Under the pieces are notes generated by a model. That model made no database searches. It saw only the letters and a program-made list of their open reading frames with translations, and was not told the origin of the DNA. Shown piece after piece: positions 1 through 10,467 of a stretch of DNA of 64,000 nucleotides; the first letter of the stretch is position 1; each line of letters begins with the position of its first letter. The stretch is from Marinicella sp. (GTDB taxonomy: Bacteria > Pseudomonadota > Gammaproteobacteria > Xanthomonadales > Marinicellaceae). The stretch covers positions 2,784,001 through 2,848,000 of the forward strand of contig OZ246001.1 of assembly GCA_965230295.1 (NCBI GenBank), given 5' to 3'. A program made the translations under genes and the position numbers.

Positions 1-1
1 T

Positions 2-2557
2 TTTTGCTTATTCTTAGCTGGCACGGGTCAGGTGCACAGCGCTGACGATCATCAACACCACAACGCCATGCGTGCTTTGATTGATGATGAAGACATCACC
101 CATACAGCTGTTGCCAGTGGGTCTTGGTTTGATACCAATACGTGGTCAGGAGGTGTCATTCCGGATGCTGGCGCTTGGGTGTTGATTCCTGCGGGTATCG
201 ATGTGCAATATGACCAGATCAGTGCCGTGCCTTATACTGCAGTGAGGGTCGATGGTGGTTTGTCATTTTCAACCACCCAATCCAGTCAAATGATTGTGGA
301 TACTTTGTTGGTGGAGGCTTCAGGGTGGTTGTCGATAGGAACGGTAAACAATCCGGTTCAGCCAGACGTTTCGGTGTCGATTCAATTCAGTGATGCGGGT
401 GATCTGGATGTGGTTAAAGACCCCAGTTTAATGGGCAGGGGGTTGTTGGCCAGCGGTCCTGCTCAAATGCATGGTTCAATCAAAACAACCCACCTTAAAG
501 TGTCTGTTGACCCGATGGCAGGTCAGAATCAAATTCAACTGGCCTCTCCTCCAGTTAATTGGTCTGTGGGAGACACCTTGGTTGTGGCAGGCACAAAGTA
601 CTCAGGTTGGAAGTGGGATAACAGCATCCAGGCAGTCAGATACCATGGAACCCAAGATGAGGTGGTCACCATCAGTGCCATCAATGGCAGCACCATTACC
701 TTAGATCAGGATTTGATTTATGATCATTTTACCCCGCGGGCAGACCTAAAAACTTCAGTGGCCAACATGACTCGCAACATCACCATAGGCACACAAAATC
801 CGGCTGCCACAGCAACCCATAGACGAGGCCATGTGATGTTCATGCAACAAGCCCCAGTGGATGTGAGGTATGTTGCTTTTTGGCAATTGGGCAGAACGGA
901 TAAATCCTTCTTAACCCTAGAAGCAGCTGATTTTGACGTGATCACACCCACCAGCAATGTGCGTGGGCGCTATGCATTTCATTTACACAGAAAGGGCATA
1001 GCCGATGTTAAAAGCCCGGCCATTGCGATTGGTAATGCGGTGTTTGGTTCACCAGGCTGGGGTTATGTGCATCATGACAGTAATGCCATTTTTCATAACA
1101 ACGTGTCCTATGATACTTTTGGTGCTGGGTTCGTGGCCGAAACGGGCAATGAAATTGGTACTTGGACCAACAATCTGGCGATCAAAGCTGAGGGAAACAG
1201 TGCATTCAACCCTAAAAATGGCAATGACAGGGAGTTGTTTGATATCGGTCGTACTGGTGATGGATTCTGGTTTCAAGGGCGCATGGTCAGAAGCGTCAAT
1301 AACATTGCAGCCAGTGTCAATCATGGCTTTGTTTATTTGCACAGAGGCAGTGGCATGTTGTCATTTCCAGGATCAGTTTTTATGTTGCCAGAGGCCTTGC
1401 GCCGAGGTGCCAATTCCAGTGTTGATGATGCGCCGGTGTTGTCATTCGCCGGCAATGAAAGCTTTGCGTCAACAGTCGGGCTGTATGTGGTCAAGGCCAA
1501 CCCCAATCAGCAGCATGATGTACACAGTCATTTCAAGAACTTCAAGGCTTGGGAGGTGCGAGCAGGTTCAGCGATGGAGTACACGGCACATTATTTATTA
1601 GAAGACTTTGACATCATTGGTAAAACCCCTGAAGCTTTCAGTACGGCTGCTTTTGGAATTGAGTTTGGTACCAACACCAGTGACATGGTGATTAATGGTG
1701 TCCACATTCAAGACATGCCTGTGGGGGTGATTCTCAGTAAAGATTATACGGGTACGCCGCCACCTCCCGAAGTCAACCAGTACGTGGTGATTGATGCGAC
1801 CTATGATCAGGTGCCATTAGAGCTGGAATTTTATGATCCAGCCATTGATCAAGTCCTGACTGCGGCTGACTTGGTACCAGGACAATTTGATGTTGATATC
1901 AATGGCGGGATTTATGAATACCTGTCGCCGGCGACATCCGCTGGTTCAGGCGTTTTCTGGTCAGGGACCAAAACTGACCAAATCGGTGGTACACCAGTTC
2001 CTGCCGGAACGGATGAAATTGGTGTGCCCTCGTATGACATGATTCCCATCACTGAAGAAGATGGGTATTTGCGAACTGCGGGTGGAACGCCGTATGTGGT
2101 CATTGAAGAGTTTTTTACTGAAAGGGCAACAGGTACCATTCACAAGCTGGGTTTAAAAACCTTACTGGGCCCGAATGTGGACGCTGCCTTGGGCAATCAG
2201 TTCACCGCCTGGCGAGATGCATTTCAGGCAGGCATCATCGATTTAAGCAGCAGCGCACCCACACCAAATGATGATTTTGGCACGGCATCCACAGCGCGAC
2301 CTTTGTTGTTGGATTTGTTGCAAAATGACACGGATCCTGACGCAGATGTATTGTCGGTAGATGGCATCATTCAGCCACAACATGGCCGAGTCTATGACAA
2401 CCAGGATGGGACGGTAACATACCTTTCAGACTATGATTATGTGGGTGTTGACCAATTCAGTTATTGGGCCACAGACCGGCATGGCAATTTCTCACCGGCC
2501 AAGGTGAACATCAATGTGCTGAATGATTTGATTTATGCCCATGATTTCAATCAGTGA
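2..2557 (+). CDS. Secreted G8-domain / parallel beta-helix protein (TMEM2/fibrocystin-like) with C-terminal cadherin-like Ig domain and DLIYAHDF tail; 5' end lies upstream of the window
   Basis: The frame is open from base 2 (FCLFLAGTGQVHSA, end of a signal peptide). G8 signature SGSWFDTNTWSGGVIP...VDGGLSF...GWLSIGT. Also GRYAFHLH, beta-helix-type repeats, and a C-terminal PNDD...LLQNDTDPDADVL...DGTVTY Ig-like domain. Confidence 0.75.
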   Translation, partial: FCLFLAGTGQVHSADDHQHHNAMRALIDDEDITHTAVASGSWFDTNTWSGGVIPDAGAWVLIPAGIDVQYDQISAVPYTAVRVDGGLSFSTTQSSQMIVDTLLVEASGWLSIGTVNNPVQPDVSVSIQFSDAGDLDVVKDPSLMGRGLLASGPAQMHGSIKTTHLKVSVDPMAGQNQIQLASPPVNWSVGDTLVVAGTKYSGWKWDNSIQAVRYHGTQDEVVTISAINGSTITLDQDLIYDHFTPRADLKTSVANMTRNITIGTQNPAATATHRRGHVMFMQQAPVDVRYVAFWQLGRTDKSFLTLEAADFDVITPTSNVRGRYAFHLHRKGIADVKSPAIAIGNAVFGSPGWGYVHHDSNAIFHNNVSYDTFGAGFVAETGNEIGTWTNNLAIKAEGNSAFNPKNGNDRELFDIGRTGDGFWFQGRMVRSVNNIAASVNHGFVYLHRGSGMLSFPGSVFMLPEALRRGANSSVDDAPVLSFAGNESFASTVGLYVVKANPNQQHDVHSHFKNFKAWEVRAGSAMEYTAHYLLEDFDIIGKTPEAFSTAAFGIEFGTNTSDMVINGVHIQDMPVGVILSKDYTGTPPPPEVNQYVVIDATYDQVPLELEFYDPAIDQVLTAADLVPGQFDVDINGGIYEYLSPATSAGSGVFWSGTKTDQIGGTPVPAGTDEIGVPSYDMIPITEEDGYLRTAGGTPYVVIEEFFTERATGTIHKLGLKTLLGPNVDAALGNQFTAWRDAFQAGIIDLSSSAPTPNDDFGTASTARPLLLDLLQNDTDPDADVLSVDGIIQPQHGRVYDNQDGTVTYLSDYDYVGVDQFSYWATDRHGNFSPAKVNINVLNDLIYAHDFNQ

Positions 2558-2577
2558 TCGGTTTTATGAGGCTTTGA

Positions 2578-4035
2578 TCAATCAAAATTACTGGCGAAAA
2601 TAAGGTCGTTGAGTACGTTGTATTCATAGGCACCAGCGTCACAAGCGCCTTCATTGGGCCTTGGGTTACCTACTTGGTCTCCAGTCACTTGGGTGCCACA
2701 CCCGGCATTGCCAATCATGCTGTCTACATGGTTGTATAAAATGCTGTTTGGTAAAAAAGTATGAACGCGAACACCCGCATTGTTAAGTTCGATCAAAGGA
2801 CTCAATTGAAGATCACCTGTCGCCAACAGATTGTTATTGCCCAGTATATTGCCTGAAAAACTTTCTATCACCGAATTATTAACTATGTTGCTGTTATTTT
2901 GCATCCAAAGCAATGGAGTGAACGCACTGGATTCTATGATGATGTTGCCATTGGGGCCTACCAAATCACTGACGGCTGCCCCTGTGTTGAAAGCAGAGGT
3001 GACATACCTCAAAGTGACATTTTGACCGTTGTTTGAATTGATGTAGATACCACTGCTCTGGCCTTGGGACTGGTTGTTGCTGATGGTGGTGTTTTCTACT
3101 GTGACATCACTGCCCAAACCACCAGAAATGGCCAAGCCACCCCCATTGCTGCCGGCGCTGTTGTGACTGATCTCTGAATTGATCAGGGATAAGCCAGCAT
3201 TGATTACAGACAAACCCCCTCCTGAATCGGCAGAATCGTTGTCGCTGATTCGCATGTTTTCTAACCGGGTATCGGTGGCGCCATCAATCAAAATACCTGC
3301 ACCTGAATCTGCACCTGTCGTTCTGCCTGCCATGATGGTCAAGCCCGACATGAAAAAGCGCTCACTCATACCAGGTATCAATAATACCCTGAAACTGTCA
3401 TTGCCGGACAAAGAGATGGTCCCAGCACCTGGTCCAATCACTGACAGATCAATTGAGGTGACTGACAGTGGCGAAATAAGGGCAATGGTCCCGCTCAAAT
3501 TTCGTTGAAATTTGACCGTGGTAGGTACCAGGTCTGTAACCGCATAGTCAAACGCCTCTCGCAAGGTGCATTCATTGCCATCACATCCATTGTTACTGGC
3601 ATCAGACAAACTGTTTACTTCAATAAAATTCAAACCTACAGTGGCCACAGCTGCTCCAGTGTTGTTGGCGCTGTTTTGCATCACATATTTAAAATCAAAA
3701 ACCGCTGTTGATGTACTGTTGGAAGTGAACAATACATTGTTGTCGTCTCCGGCACCGTTGATGCTGACAGAACCTGTGGCATTTGAATAGCTGTTGCTGG
3801 TACACAATTCATCACTGGTTCCGATGTCACATAAGCCAACAACTTCTTTGAAATTATCGTTGCTGATGCCACTGTCATCATTGCCCAACACATCCAATAC
3901 GGCAGTGCTGCTGTTGATAGCAGCTTCCAAATTGGGGTCATCGCTGGTTAACGGGATGCCACCGGCCCAACCGGTTGTGGCTGATGTGCATGCACAAAAA
4001 ATCAGAGAATTTATCAAGAGTTTGGTCGGCTTCAT
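2578..4035 (-). CDS. Secreted CSLREA-domain / beta-helix / choice-of-anchor Q protein with DLIFASNFD tail
   Basis: Likely start MKPTKLL with signal peptide. CSLREA-type motif VNSLSDA..GCDGNECTLREAF, GGG-containing polymorphic repeats (DSGGGLSV, NGGGLAI), and choice-of-anchor-Q-type end DQVGNPRPNEGACDAGAYE. Confidence 0.75.
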   Translation of the reverse strand: MKPTKLLINSLIFCACTSATTGWAGGIPLTSDDPNLEAAINSSTAVLDVLGNDDSGISNDNFKEVVGLCDIGTSDELCTSNSYSNATGSVSINGAGDDNNVLFTSNSTSTAVFDFKYVMQNSANNTGAAVATVGLNFIEVNSLSDASNNGCDGNECTLREAFDYAVTDLVPTTVKFQRNLSGTIALISPLSVTSIDLSVIGPGAGTISLSGNDSFRVLLIPGMSERFFMSGLTIMAGRTTGADSGAGILIDGATDTRLENMRISDNDSADSGGGLSVINAGLSLINSEISHNSAGSNGGGLAISGGLGSDVTVENTTISNNQSQGQSSGIYINSNNGQNVTLRYVTSAFNTGAAVSDLVGPNGNIIIESSAFTPLLWMQNNSNIVNNSVIESFSGNILGNNNLLATGDLQLSPLIELNNAGVRVHTFLPNSILYNHVDSMIGNAGCGTQVTGDQVGNPRPNEGACDAGAYEYNVLNDLIFASNFD

Positions 4036-4323
4036 AACAATTGTGATGGCGAAAAAAAGCAAAGATTCTAACTGATTAATCTGGCCAAGTATACTGGCTT
4101 GTCTTTGATGTGTGTGGTGTGTCACGTATTAGATCGTGACTTGTGAGCTATTCAAATTCCGCGACAGGCCTTTTATGATGCTTGAGATATTAATGCTTTA
4201 TTACCATATGGTGCAATTCGTCCAACACCTTGATGATAGAGAGCCACAATGACCAAGCCTTGCTCAGCATCAGATGAAAAATGATGGCTGTTATATTTGG
4301 CTTTAACGAACCACAGTTTGACC

Positions 4324-5940
4324 ATGAAATTTAAACCCTACACACTGACCCTACTGGCAATCATTGCTACATTATTCCTACCAAAACAAGCGCAATCTGA
4401 TACTGCAAAACGATTTGAGGCGCACATGGACTTCCTCGCCTCTGATTTACTACGTGGTCGCGATACCGGAAGTGTTGGTCATGAAGTGGCGGCACAATAC
4501 ATCGCCACTGAATTCGCCAAGATGGGTATCGTCCCTGCTGGTGATGATGGTTACATGCAAAGGATAGAGTTTAAATCTGCCTATTTAGACCAGGATTCGC
4601 CTGAATTCAGCGTGAAAAAAGGTGATGAAGTGTTGTCCTTTGAGTTTTTGGATGAGTTTTCGGTTGGCGCCAACGTCAATCGATTGCGGTCAGAAGTTGA
4701 AGGTGAATTGGTTTTTGTCGGCTTTGGTATAGATGCGCCTTTCCTTAACTATACAGACTTTGATCAGGTGGATTTAAAAGGAAAAATCGCTGTGGTTTTG
4801 GGTGGTAAGCCAATTCATTTTCCGAGTGAGGAAGGTGCTCACTATTCAAGAAAATCAACTGAAGCACTGGTCAAGAGAGGCGCCATAGGGGTGATATCAG
4901 TATGGACCCCCATTGTTGAAAAAGTTTTTGCTTTCTCAAAAACCAAAGAATACATCAATATGCCTCGCATCAGATGGGTGGATAAAACAGGTGCAGTGCA
5001 GAATGGCTATCCTGAAATCCTGGCTTCTGCTTCATTAAGTATGGAAGCGGGTAAAAAATTGTTTACGCAGGCTGGCATGGATTTAGAAGCCTTGTATGAA
5101 CAAATCGAAAACGGAGACCAGTTGGTTGGTCAGGACATGGGATTAACAGCACACATCAGTTACCGGTCGACCCATTCCAGTGTCAACAGCCCCAATGTCA
5201 TTGGCATTTTAGAAGGGACTGATCCAGAATTAAAAGATGAATATGTGTTACTCAGTGCCCACACCGATCACATTGGCGTGTCCGAACACATTGAGTTGGG
5301 TGACAAAATCAACAACGGCGCCATGGACAATGCGGCGGGTGTATCCACGTTGTTGGAAATGGCTCACCAGATCACCCAACTGGGTGAGCGGCCTAAGCGT
5401 TCCATTTTATTTGCCATGGTGACTGCCGAAGAGAAAGGTTTGTTGGGTTCTGATTATTTTGCCAACAACCCCACAGTTCCCATTGACAGTATTGTCGCCA
5501 ATGTGAATTTGGACATGCCGGTTTTGACCAATGCCTTTGATCAGTTGATCGGTTTTGGTGCACAGCACAGCAGCCTTTGGGGCGTGATTGAAAATGCAGT
5601 GGGCAAAAACGGTATGCACTTAATTCCTGATCCCATGCCCGAACAGAATATTTTTGTTCGCAGTGACCAATACAGTTTTGTGAAAAAAGGCATACCAGCG
5701 GTGTTTTTGGTGACTGCCGACAAAGTGGGAATGAAATTTGAAGAACATGAAATTTCCAGCCAGGAATTCATTGTTAAGCATTACCATAAACCTTCTGATC
5801 AATTGGATTTGCCGATCAATTATGATGTGGCTGCAAAATTTGTGGCCATCAATCGAGCCATTGCGATGGAAGTGGCCAATACCCAAGAGCGCCCGAAGTG
5901 GAATGAAGGCAGTTTCTTTGAAACCATGACCGAAGAGTGA
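4324..5940 (+). CDS. M28 family zinc aminopeptidase with PA domain, secreted
   Basis: Signal peptide. Motifs LASDLLRGRDTG, SAHTDHIG, GAMDNAAG, AEEKGLLGS, NLDM, RSDQYSF, HYHKPSD. PA insert VFVGFGI...DLKGKIAVV. Confidence 0.9.
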   Translation: MKFKPYTLTLLAIIATLFLPKQAQSDTAKRFEAHMDFLASDLLRGRDTGSVGHEVAAQYIATEFAKMGIVPAGDDGYMQRIEFKSAYLDQDSPEFSVKKGDEVLSFEFLDEFSVGANVNRLRSEVEGELVFVGFGIDAPFLNYTDFDQVDLKGKIAVVLGGKPIHFPSEEGAHYSRKSTEALVKRGAIGVISVWTPIVEKVFAFSKTKEYINMPRIRWVDKTGAVQNGYPEILASASLSMEAGKKLFTQAGMDLEALYEQIENGDQLVGQDMGLTAHISYRSTHSSVNSPNVIGILEGTDPELKDEYVLLSAHTDHIGVSEHIELGDKINNGAMDNAAGVSTLLEMAHQITQLGERPKRSILFAMVTAEEKGLLGSDYFANNPTVPIDSIVANVNLDMPVLTNAFDQLIGFGAQHSSLWGVIENAVGKNGMHLIPDPMPEQNIFVRSDQYSFVKKGIPAVFLVTADKVGMKFEEHEISSQEFIVKHYHKPSDQLDLPINYDVAAKFVAINRAIAMEVANTQERPKWNEGSFFETMTEE

Positions 5941-5953
5941 TTAAACGAACACT

Positions 5954-6574
5954 TCAGGAGTTATTCTCATTTTTTTGGTTTCTTAGTGTGGCAGCACCTG
6001 TTGCAATGAAACGCAGTTGAGTGATGGCCCTCCGTTCGAGCGCCGCCCTTTGGGTGGGTTTAGCGGCTATGGTTTCTGCACCGGCATTGAATATAACGGC
6101 CACCATGGCTTCGGCTTGATTATAGGCCGAATCTTGATCGAATCCGGTGTTTTGGATGTAGTCAGTCAACTCCACCACAAAGTATTGAATTTCTCTTGCC
6201 ACGGCTACGCGTAAAGCCCTGGTGGTGCCTGAGCGTTCATGAAACAGGATTCTGAATATATTCGGATTGGCTTGGGTAAACTCCATGAATGTTTTCACTG
6301 ATGTGGCGATGACACTGCCTTTTTTCTTCAGCCTTTGTCTGCCTTTTCGCATCACCTGGCGCAATGCAAGTCCGGATTCATCCACTAATGTCAATCCCAG
6401 CTCTTCCATGTCTTTAAAATGTCGGTAAAAAGAAGTGGGCGCAATACCCGCTTCACGAGCGACTTCCCGCAAGCTGAGGCTGGCAAAACTTTTACTTTCG
6501 CTCAATTGACCAATCGCTGCATCGATGATAGCTCGGCGGGTGCGTTCTTTTTGTTGTGAGCGGCTGGTAGTCAA
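5954..6574 (-). CDS. fabR: TetR-family transcriptional repressor FabR
   Basis: [14 protein letters not shown]...[25 protein letters not shown]...[10 protein letters not shown]...ERSGT...AVAREIQYF closely follows enterobacterial FabR. TTG start. Confidence 0.88.
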   Translation of the reverse strand: MTTSRSQQKERTRRAIIDAAIGQLSESKSFASLSLREVAREAGIAPTSFYRHFKDMEELGLTLVDESGLALRQVMRKGRQRLKKKGSVIATSVKTFMEFTQANPNIFRILFHERSGTTRALRVAVAREIQYFVVELTDYIQNTGFDQDSAYNQAEAMVAVIFNAGAETIAAKPTQRAALERRAITQLRFIATGAATLRNQKNENNS

Positions 6575-7021
6575 TGGCAGGCTGAGGTTTAAAAATAGCT
6601 AGGTTATCAATTCGATCGAATGTAAGCAAGTCCAAAAGTTGTTGAACCGCATTGATTCAGAGACTTCAGGCCTTTGAATTTGTGAAACTGTTAACAATAA
6701 TGCAACATTTTAGCTGCCAGAATAACAATGGATTTGTACCACTAGGTGCATGTCTGGGGATTTTATCTTTGGTGGGTGCAGGCACAGATCGTTAAAGAGA
6801 GCAATGCTTATTGACATTATAAATAATAAAAACGCATTCAATGGCATTGTGTAAATTGGTTAAAATAAATAAATAATCAATGGAGTGAAGCAGTTACCCA
6901 CGCTTCTCGATGCTGACAACATCTCTGCAGATAGGCAATATGAATTCATTGCTCAGGTATTTGCGTCCAAAGAATGGACTGTGCATTTGTTTTGACTTTC
7001 AACTTAAAGAGGAAGTACAAA

Positions 7022-8257
7022 ATGAAGAATATTAAAAAAATGATCACCTTTGGCTTATTGGCTGGAGGATTGATTGCAACAGCGCAGGCTCAAGTAGACC
7101 TGTTTTATCCGGAAACCAAAACTGTTTCCGGGTTGAAGTCGACATCGACGGTGATTCAGGCCATGTCCAAAAATGACAGTGTCAAATACATCGAACCCAT
7201 CGGCTTGAACACAGCGGCATTACAACCCAGCAACAAGTCTTTCAACTTAAATTTCGCCAAAGACTTACAGTTTAAAACCACCCAGAGCAAGACGTATGCC
7301 ATCGATGATGAGTCCTTTGCATGGATTGGTGAAATTGATTTGGGGTTACAAAAAGTCAGTAAACCGATAGATGATCCGAATGCCATCAATCCCAACCAAG
7401 CTGTTTTTATGGTCAACGGCGAACGTGTTTTTGGGCAAATTATCTTGGATGATTTGGTTTATGAAATCCGCACCATGGAAAATGGTGGTGGTTATTTACT
7501 CATGAAACGTGATTTCTCAGTACTTGGTAATAGAGATGATACACCGGAAAATGATTTTACTCATGATCTCAGTGTAAGGGTTGGTGCCAAGGCTGCTTCC
7601 AATGTGGTTGATGTGATTCAACTGATCACTGATCAAGCCATCAATGACGCTGGTGGTGTTTCATCTGCTGTTGATGCCATGCGATTTTTTATCACTCAGT
7701 CAAACCAGGCATACAGTAACAATAATTTAGATTTGGAAATGCGCAATGCGGGGTTGTACCGGGCTGGGTCTGAGTTGAATACCAGTTCCAGTAACATGTT
7801 GTCACGTTTGCGCAGAACCAATGATGGATATTTAGATGATGTGCCTGGTAACTTAAGGAATCAAACCAATGCTGATTTGGTGGTGTTGGTCACGACTTCA
7901 TTGAGAAATCAAGGGCTGTGCGGACAGGCAGACGGGATTGGTGTCGGTCAAAGCCGGGCTTTTTTCGTCATTGACCATGACTGCACCAACTACACATTTG
8001 TGCATGAAGCAGGTCATTTATTTGGTGCCCGTCATGACAACGACCCAACCGGAACACCTTATAGTTTTGGTCGTGGATTTGTCAGTGCGCCAGGTAACTT
8101 TCGTACCATCATGGCAGTCAGTTCCAATCCTCAGCCCAGAATTGCTGGCTTCTCCAATCCAAATCAGACTTATCGAGGACGGGCGATTGGTACATCAAGC
8201 CGCAACAACACCAGGGTCCACCAATTGCGAGCATCATTTGTGGCAGGTTTTAGATAA
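7022..8257 (+). CDS. Secreted reprolysin-like (M12B) zinc metalloprotease with prodomain
   Basis: Signal peptide MKNIKKMITFGLLAGGLIATAQA, metzincin motif HEAGHLFGARH, Met-turn TIMA, and AGAGGA RBS upstream of 7022. Confidence 0.85.
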   Translation: MKNIKKMITFGLLAGGLIATAQAQVDLFYPETKTVSGLKSTSTVIQAMSKNDSVKYIEPIGLNTAALQPSNKSFNLNFAKDLQFKTTQSKTYAIDDESFAWIGEIDLGLQKVSKPIDDPNAINPNQAVFMVNGERVFGQIILDDLVYEIRTMENGGGYLLMKRDFSVLGNRDDTPENDFTHDLSVRVGAKAASNVVDVIQLITDQAINDAGGVSSAVDAMRFFITQSNQAYSNNNLDLEMRNAGLYRAGSELNTSSSNMLSRLRRTNDGYLDDVPGNLRNQTNADLVVLVTTSLRNQGLCGQADGIGVGQSRAFFVIDHDCTNYTFVHEAGHLFGARHDNDPTGTPYSFGRGFVSAPGNFRTIMAVSSNPQPRIAGFSNPNQTYRGRAIGTSSRNNTRVHQLRASFVAGFR

Positions 8258-8289
8258 AGCCATTGACCCCATGCGAAGTGTGTAGTGGG

Positions 8290-8324
8290 AGCCTCCTGGT
8301 ACTCCAAAGCCAGGAGGCTTTTTT
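8290..8324 (+). terminator. Rho-independent terminator
   Basis: AGCCTCCTGG-loop-CCAGGAGGCT followed by a T run, between convergent genes. Confidence 0.85.
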
Positions 8325-8361
8325 GATAAGAACTGAGTTGCTTTAATCACATTACAATGAC

Positions 8362-9246
8362 TCAAAGCCTGACGGGTTCTACAGTCAATCCTTCTTGTCG
8401 CAATAAGTTGATTACACCGTTTGTTCCACCCAAATGCCCTGCACCAACGGCGAAAAATGTAGGGGATGCTTTAACGATACCAGGTATTTTCTCTACCCAA
8501 TTGATGTTCCTTTTGTCTAACAAAGCCTGTAACATGGCTTCACCATTTTTTGCTTCCAGCATCATGTCTCTGGTCATATCGTACATGGCTGAAACATCTT
8601 GTGAGTTGTATGTTTCGACCAACTGATTGATCACTTCAGGTATCAATCCAAAGGCCGCCATTTCTTCATCTGTCCATGGTTCGTCTGATTTTTCCGGAAC
8701 CAATATTTCAAACAACTCCACCTGTTCAGCTGCCAACTCTAAACCATAGACAGGCAAATTTGCTGCTTGAGCTAAATTCATCAGTTCAATATCCACCGTC
8801 TTTATGGGACAGTCCATGGCAGCCATGGTCAGCATGCTGCTGATGCCAAAAAGCTTGGTTTTATCAAACAAGCTGATGCTGTAATCTGTGTGCTTTTCTA
8901 CCAATTCGCTGAGTTGTTGGTAATTGGTGGGTGATAGCCGTTCCTGCAAAGATTTTTTGGCTACCATACCTGTCAACACTTGTGACATTTCATTTTGGTC
9001 ATCCATATCCAGTTCTAAATACAGTTGTTCTGATTGATTGATCGCATCAACCATGCGCTGGTCCAGGGTGAAATCTTTGGTACAAATCAAATGAATGGTA
9101 CCTGCCAAATAAGAGGGTTGTTCGATGCCAGGACCCGATATTTGCCACACCAAAGAGTCTGCCAATTCAACATCATTGGGGGTTTTGGCTTGGATTTGTG
9201 CACCCAAGATTAAAATAAAAAATGAGGTGATGAGTTTTATATTCAT
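8362..9246 (-). CDS. TraB/GumN family (Tiki-like) protein
   Basis: Signal peptide, PSYLAGTIH, LYLELD, GLE..AEQ, RNINW, and FFAVGAGHLGG..GVINLLRQEG. Confidence 0.88.
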   Translation of the reverse strand: MNIKLITSFFILILGAQIQAKTPNDVELADSLVWQISGPGIEQPSYLAGTIHLICTKDFTLDQRMVDAINQSEQLYLELDMDDQNEMSQVLTGMVAKKSLQERLSPTNYQQLSELVEKHTDYSISLFDKTKLFGISSMLTMAAMDCPIKTVDIELMNLAQAANLPVYGLELAAEQVELFEILVPEKSDEPWTDEEMAAFGLIPEVINQLVETYNSQDVSAMYDMTRDMMLEAKNGEAMLQALLDKRNINWVEKIPGIVKASPTFFAVGAGHLGGTNGVINLLRQEGLTVEPVRL

Positions 9247-9462
9247 AATTTTCCTTTTACTTAATGATTTGTTTGAAGTTATCCAATTGGCTTTTCAGTG
9301 TTTGGCTTACTCAGGGCATCATATTAGAAAGTGGTGGGTTAATGCAAACGGAATAATTCAAACATGGTCATTGATACGCTTGGATGAAAGTTGCCTCAGT
9401 GAATCGTGGTATTAGTGTCCTCACAGGGTTAAAATAGCCTGCTTTTAATTCTGATCCATTGC

Positions 9463-10467
9463 ATGTCAATTTACAACCAAAGACCAGACATTCCACAAGG
9501 TCACATTGAGCACCTCATCATTGACTCTTTGCTGTTAAGAGACAATTCATTAGGGGACCCTTGCAAAAGACAAGTTCCGGTTTACCTGCCTCATGGCTAT
9601 GATGAGAATGACAACTACCCCGTGATGTATTATCTGGCTGCATACACCAACAGTGGCCAAGGTGTGGTTGAATGGCGTGCTTTTGGGGAAAGCATACCTG
9701 AACGATTGGATCGCATGATTGCTGAGGATAAAATGGGGCCAGCCATAGTGGTTTTTCCGGAGTGTTTTACTCGCTTGGGTGGTAATCAATACCTCGATTC
9801 GCCCACCATGGGTCCTTATGCCAGCCACATCCATGAAGAGCTGATTCCATTGGTTGAAAAAACTTATGCGGTTAAGAAAGGGGCAGCTCACCGAGCGGTT
9901 TTAGGTAAATCATCGGGTGGTTTTGCTGCCATTCGTTTTGCCATGGATTTTCCAGGACAATGGGGTGCCATTGCCAATCATTCAGGAGATGCTGGATTTG
10001 ATTTGTTGTACCAGCGGGATTTTCCGGCGGTGGCCGATGTACTGGCCCAGTTTGATGGCGATGTTGACAAGTTCATCAAGCGCTTTTGGAAGGCCAAAAA
10101 AATCATGGGATCACATATTTTGGCCATGATGCATTTGTGTATGGCGGCCACCTATGACGAAGAAATGGTTTTACCTTTTGACCTTGAAACTTGTGAGCTG
10201 GATGAGGTCAGGTGGCAGCGTTGGTTGGCCCATGATCCAGTCAATCGTGTCGAGCAACAGGCGGCGGCTTTGCAGCAATTGAATGGCTTGTATATGGATT
10301 GTGGTTTTCGTGATCAATATTTCATTCATTATGGCATGCGACAGTTGTCGAAAAAGCTTGAAAAAGCTGAAGTTGCACACACTTACACAGAGTTTAATGG
10401 AACCCATTCAGGCATTGATTATCGCCTGGATGAATCCTTACCTTTTTTGTATGAGAAAATAAAATGA
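9463..10467 (+). CDS. Alpha/beta-hydrolase esterase (enterochelin-esterase-like family)
   Basis: VYLPHGYD..YPVMY, nucleophile elbow GKSSGG, DCG..D, and FNGTH catalytic His region. Confidence 0.8.
   Translation: MSIYNQRPDIPQGHIEHLIIDSLLLRDNSLGDPCKRQVPVYLPHGYDENDNYPVMYYLAAYTNSGQGVVEWRAFGESIPERLDRMIAEDKMGPAIVVFPECFTRLGGNQYLDSPTMGPYASHIHEELIPLVEKTYAVKKGAAHRAVLGKSSGGFAAIRFAMDFPGQWGAIANHSGDAGFDLLYQRDFPAVADVLAQFDGDVDKFIKRFWKAKKIMGSHILAMMHLCMAATYDEEMVLPFDLETCELDEVRWQRWLAHDPVNRVEQQAAALQQLNGLYMDCGFRDQYFIHYGMRQLSKKLEKAEVAHTYTEFNGTHSGIDYRLDESLPFLYEKIK

Noticed and set aside
1005-1601. 198-aa alternative-frame ORF inside the G8 gene
   Set aside because: Fully nested in a well-supported CDS, with no motifs and atypical composition.
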